Shown here: positions 61,521 to 64,000 of the stretch, one piece after another | How the letters are laid out: each line of letters opens with the position of its first letter | How positions within the stretch are numbered: the first letter of the stretch is position 1 | NCBI GenBank assembly: GCA_030704615.1 | Contig: CM060733.1 | Coordinates: 38,440,001-38,504,000 of the forward strand | Reading direction: 5' to 3' | Length of the DNA stretch: 64,000 nucleotides | Source of the DNA: Takakia lepidozioides | Lineage: Eukaryota; Plantae; Bryophyta | Notes under the pieces: generated by a model | The model's input: only the letters and a program-made list of their open reading frames with translations | The model's database searches: none | What the model was told of the DNA's origin: nothing | Made by a program: the position numbers and the translations under genes

Positions 61521-61633
61521 CGGAGAGCAAATACCCGCCTTACGGTGAGGGAGGCCTTGCTCTCATTTTGCTCTTCACTTCTCTGTTGTGCCCATCTCCT
61601 CCCTGCTTTGAGTTCGTGCTGTGTCGTGAGGCC

Positions 61634-62185
61634 ATGTCGTGCCCGAATCACATCTATCGACGCCAGACGGGAGTCATTTTCCCGAAAGCAGACGACATCA
61701 TTGTCTTCCTGGATGTTTACAGGGACGATCCTCGACTTGTCCAGCTGAGAGCAATGGAGTTTCTTCCAGGATTGCACGATTCTCCTGGACCCCGGCTGGG
61801 GAGCAGGTGGTTCCTACGCATCATGGACCTGGACTTTCCGCATGTGTGGGAGCCGAACAGATCACGCACAGCGTTGCTGTATCGCTGGAATTGTTGCGAG
61901 TGGACGTATGATGAGTGCATAGGTGAAAACTTTACGCGTGGACGGACTGGCTCGGAAAGTGGGGACATTCTCTTCAGTTATGAGGATGAGGAGGAGGGGA
62001 ACACAGGGCCCACTGTGAAAATGTCCTTCTACCAAGGGGGCGCTATCGATAAACACGACATCCTCGTTAGTTTCAACCGGGCGACAGAAACCACTGACAT
62101 TTTGTTCAAATATAGGCACCCGGTCACTGAGGAGGTCCTTGAGAGGCCAGTTCGAGTTCCTTCTTCTTGGGCGAGGGGACCATAG
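61634..62185 (+). CDS. Unknown 183-aa ORF in the TIR element, convergent with the transposase
   Basis: Uninterrupted ORF from GCCATG with globular-looking composition; no recognised motif. Confidence 0.45.
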   Translation: MSCPNHIYRRQTGVIFPKADDIIVFLDVYRDDPRLVQLRAMEFLPGLHDSPGPRLGSRWFLRIMDLDFPHVWEPNRSRTALLYRWNCCEWTYDECIGENFTRGRTGSESGDILFSYEDEEEGNTGPTVKMSFYQGGAIDKHDILVSFNRATETTDILFKYRHPVTEEVLERPVRVPSSWARGP

Positions 62186-62639
62186 GTCTTGCATGCTAGA
62201 GTAGACATGTTTCAACTGCTGACACTCATGGCACATACATTTTCATTCAGAAATCAAGCAGCTTCCCTGTGCCATATGGGGAATATACAGGCTTCGATAA
62301 TCTTCTGTTAATGTTATTTGCAATTCACTGCCAGTATGCTGGGACGTGTCCTTTGTCGTATGGATTGCTGTTTGCACAAGGTGCAGTATGCAAATGCTGG
62401 AATGTGCAGTAGGACCCTTCCCACTGGGACACAGAACTAGCAATCTTGTAAAGGCATCACATTTGCAGAACAGTAACAATGTATTTGTAGCAAATTGGAG
62501 TCTTTCATAAAGGTGGACGAAATTCACATGTAGCCATGGCGATGCGGCACCACCAAGTGTATAATTCCTCACAAAAAAATAGGGTGCAAGAAGATGAATG
62601 TAATATAATTGCCACTTTCTCTTTCCCGAATGTGGAATG

Positions 62640-64000
62640 TCAAGCAGTCCGACCAGTATCCTGCCGTAGGGCCTTGTGCAGCTCGTTGAAACTCAGTGTT
62701 GGAGCATGGATGAAGACGTCCACTGCGGATATGCAACTCATGCGCTTCATAAAAATGTAATAAAGGTGTTTGCAGGGGACGTATGCTGCATTCCTCGATT
62801 CCATAACAAGGAAGTCCTCACAGTTGCAAGCTGGGTACTGTGAAACCGTGATTGCATACACGACACTGCGCGCAGCAGACCCGGCTGTTGACAACTGAAA
62901 TATGCGCCCCATCCCGGGGTGAGGAACATCCCTGCAACCTTGCACTATGCAGGGCATTGCAAGAGCGTTGGCCATCCTGGTGTCGTTCGCCTTTGTTGGT
63001 GGCCGCCGTCTTTTCAGTTTACCCCACCGATGGGTGGGCCAAGCTGCGGGGTCACCCACCGGTATGCGGGGCGAAGAGCTTCTCGTGGGAGGAGGATGAC
63101 GATTGGGAATTGGATTTCGTGGAACGTCTGTCCTCTCCACCAGTCGAAACCCTGCACTTCCTAGAGCGTCTGCCTCCTCCAGGGTAAGATCTGTACCACT
63201 TGCCACAGGCCAGACTGCCGGTGGTTCAGGCATGCCTTGTACACCATACTTGGGCTTGCCGAACACACACGACATGATGTCGTGCCTGCAGAACCAAAAC
63301 TCCTTCAGTGTGGCCTCCACAAACTTTGCGCACACAAATCTCCCTGTGAAGCAAGGGGCAGGCACACCGCCCTGCGGGCTCCTCCGAATCATCTCATTGC
63401 ATCTCTGGTTGGTGTCGACACGAACAGCACAACATTTGCCACGAAATGTCGGACGGGTCCGTGCAATTCCACTGCGAGGCCGACACATCTCGCTCCACGA
63501 TTGGAATGTTGTATTGGGTAACGAAAACAGGAGCAACATGCCCATCCTCGGCATGTTGTCCCGAGTCTGGCAGCGATTCCATGGATGCTGCAGGAGAGGG
63601 GGTACGAGTCCTGCTTCGTGGAGGCGTGGGACGCAACATCGTTGCGCCCCGAGTTGAGTGCGGATGTTCATATCTGATCTCCATGAATCCCCATCCCCTC
63701 CGGGCATGTCCTCAATTCTTCTCTTCACCGGCCGGCTGCGGACATCGCCCTCCAGGCAGTTCCCCGACTGTGTAACGGCGTTGACCTTATAGTTTCCCGC
63801 AATGCAGCAGTCCATTTTTTGGGGATCGGTCGAACGATGCGCCGCCCTCATCAGCATCTCCTGCCTGTCTGGTCCGATACCCCATTGCTTTCCTCCCAGA
63901 AACTGGTAGTAATGAGATTGTTGCATGATGGCCCTCACAATATCTTCTGTTGTTGCTGTCAACATGTCAACGAGATGTGCTGCAGAGGAAGCACGCCAGG
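62640..64000 (-). CDS. C-terminal part of a MULE-like transposase with SWIM finger (possibly frameshifted internally); DDE core off-window
   Basis: WRASS..VDMLTATTEDIVRA..GIGP, FWFC..SC, YAITVSQYPACNCEDF..PCKHLYYIF. Confidence 0.7.
   Translation of the reverse strand, partial: WRASSAAHLVDMLTATTEDIVRAIMQQSHYYQFLGGKQWGIGPDRQEMLMRAAHRSTDPQKMDCCIAGNYKVNAVTQSGNCLEGDVRSRPVKRRIEDMPGGDGDSWRSDMNIRTQLGAQRCCVPRLHEAGLVPPLLQHPWNRCQTRDNMPRMGMLLLFSLPNTTFQSWSEMCRPRSGIARTRPTFRGKCCAVRVDTNQRCNEMIRRSPQGGVPAPCFTGRFVCAKFVEATLKEFWFCRHDIMSCVFGKPKYGVQGMPEPPAVWPVASGTDLTLEEADALGSAGFRLVERTDVPRNPIPNRHPPPTRSSSPRIPVGDPAAWPTHRWGKLKRRRPPTKANDTRMANALAMPCIVQGCRDVPHPGMGRIFQLSTAGSAARSVVYAITVSQYPACNCEDFLVMESRNAAYVPCKHLYYIFMKRMSCISAVDVFIHAPTLSFNELHKALRQDTGRTA

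Larger units (their letters stand above)
60800..64000. mobile_element. Second element of the same TIR family; only its left end is in the window
   Basis: Starts GGGGGTTGCTATTCCATGAGC with CATGAGC repeats and carries the homologous SWIM gene. Predicted TSD CTCTAACC (60792-60799). Confidence 0.85.

Noticed and set aside
61094-61777. 227-aa minus-strand ORF
   Set aside because: Largely a translation of the 63-bp array and antisense to the 61634 ORF.

Overview
Eukaryotic nuclear DNA from a land plant, probably a seed-free lineage (inferred from spliceosomal introns, a PLS-DYW editing factor and the TE types; the species cannot be fixed from sequence alone). There are three recognisable host genes: the 5' six exons of a HAP2/GCS1 gamete fusogen (minus strand, running off the left edge), a complete 9-exon plastid elongation factor G (30362-36018) and an intronless PLS-E-DYW PPR gene (37127-39667, minus). 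Also present are a decayed partial EF-G duplicate, a divergent intronless BAH-PHD (EBS/SHL-like) ORF and a PDF-motif (OSB-like) exon pair. The rest is nested transposons. Most striking: (1) a Ty3/gypsy retrotransposon with a full DNMT3-like C5 cytosine methyltransferase domain between protease and RT; (2) a 10.1-kb TIR element inside its gag (8-bp TSD) carrying about 45 copies of the palindrome GGAAATGCGGCGCCGCATTTCC next to a decayed gene resembling ParB-like plus amino-methyltransferase-like proteins, with a sister element 1 kb away; (3) a 9.4-kb Mutator-like element (9-bp TSD) with an AT4G13970-like transposase and ULP1-like cargo; (4) two non-LTR retroelement families associated with (GA/TC)n microsatellites. 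Domain calls come from manual motif recognition; no searches were run.
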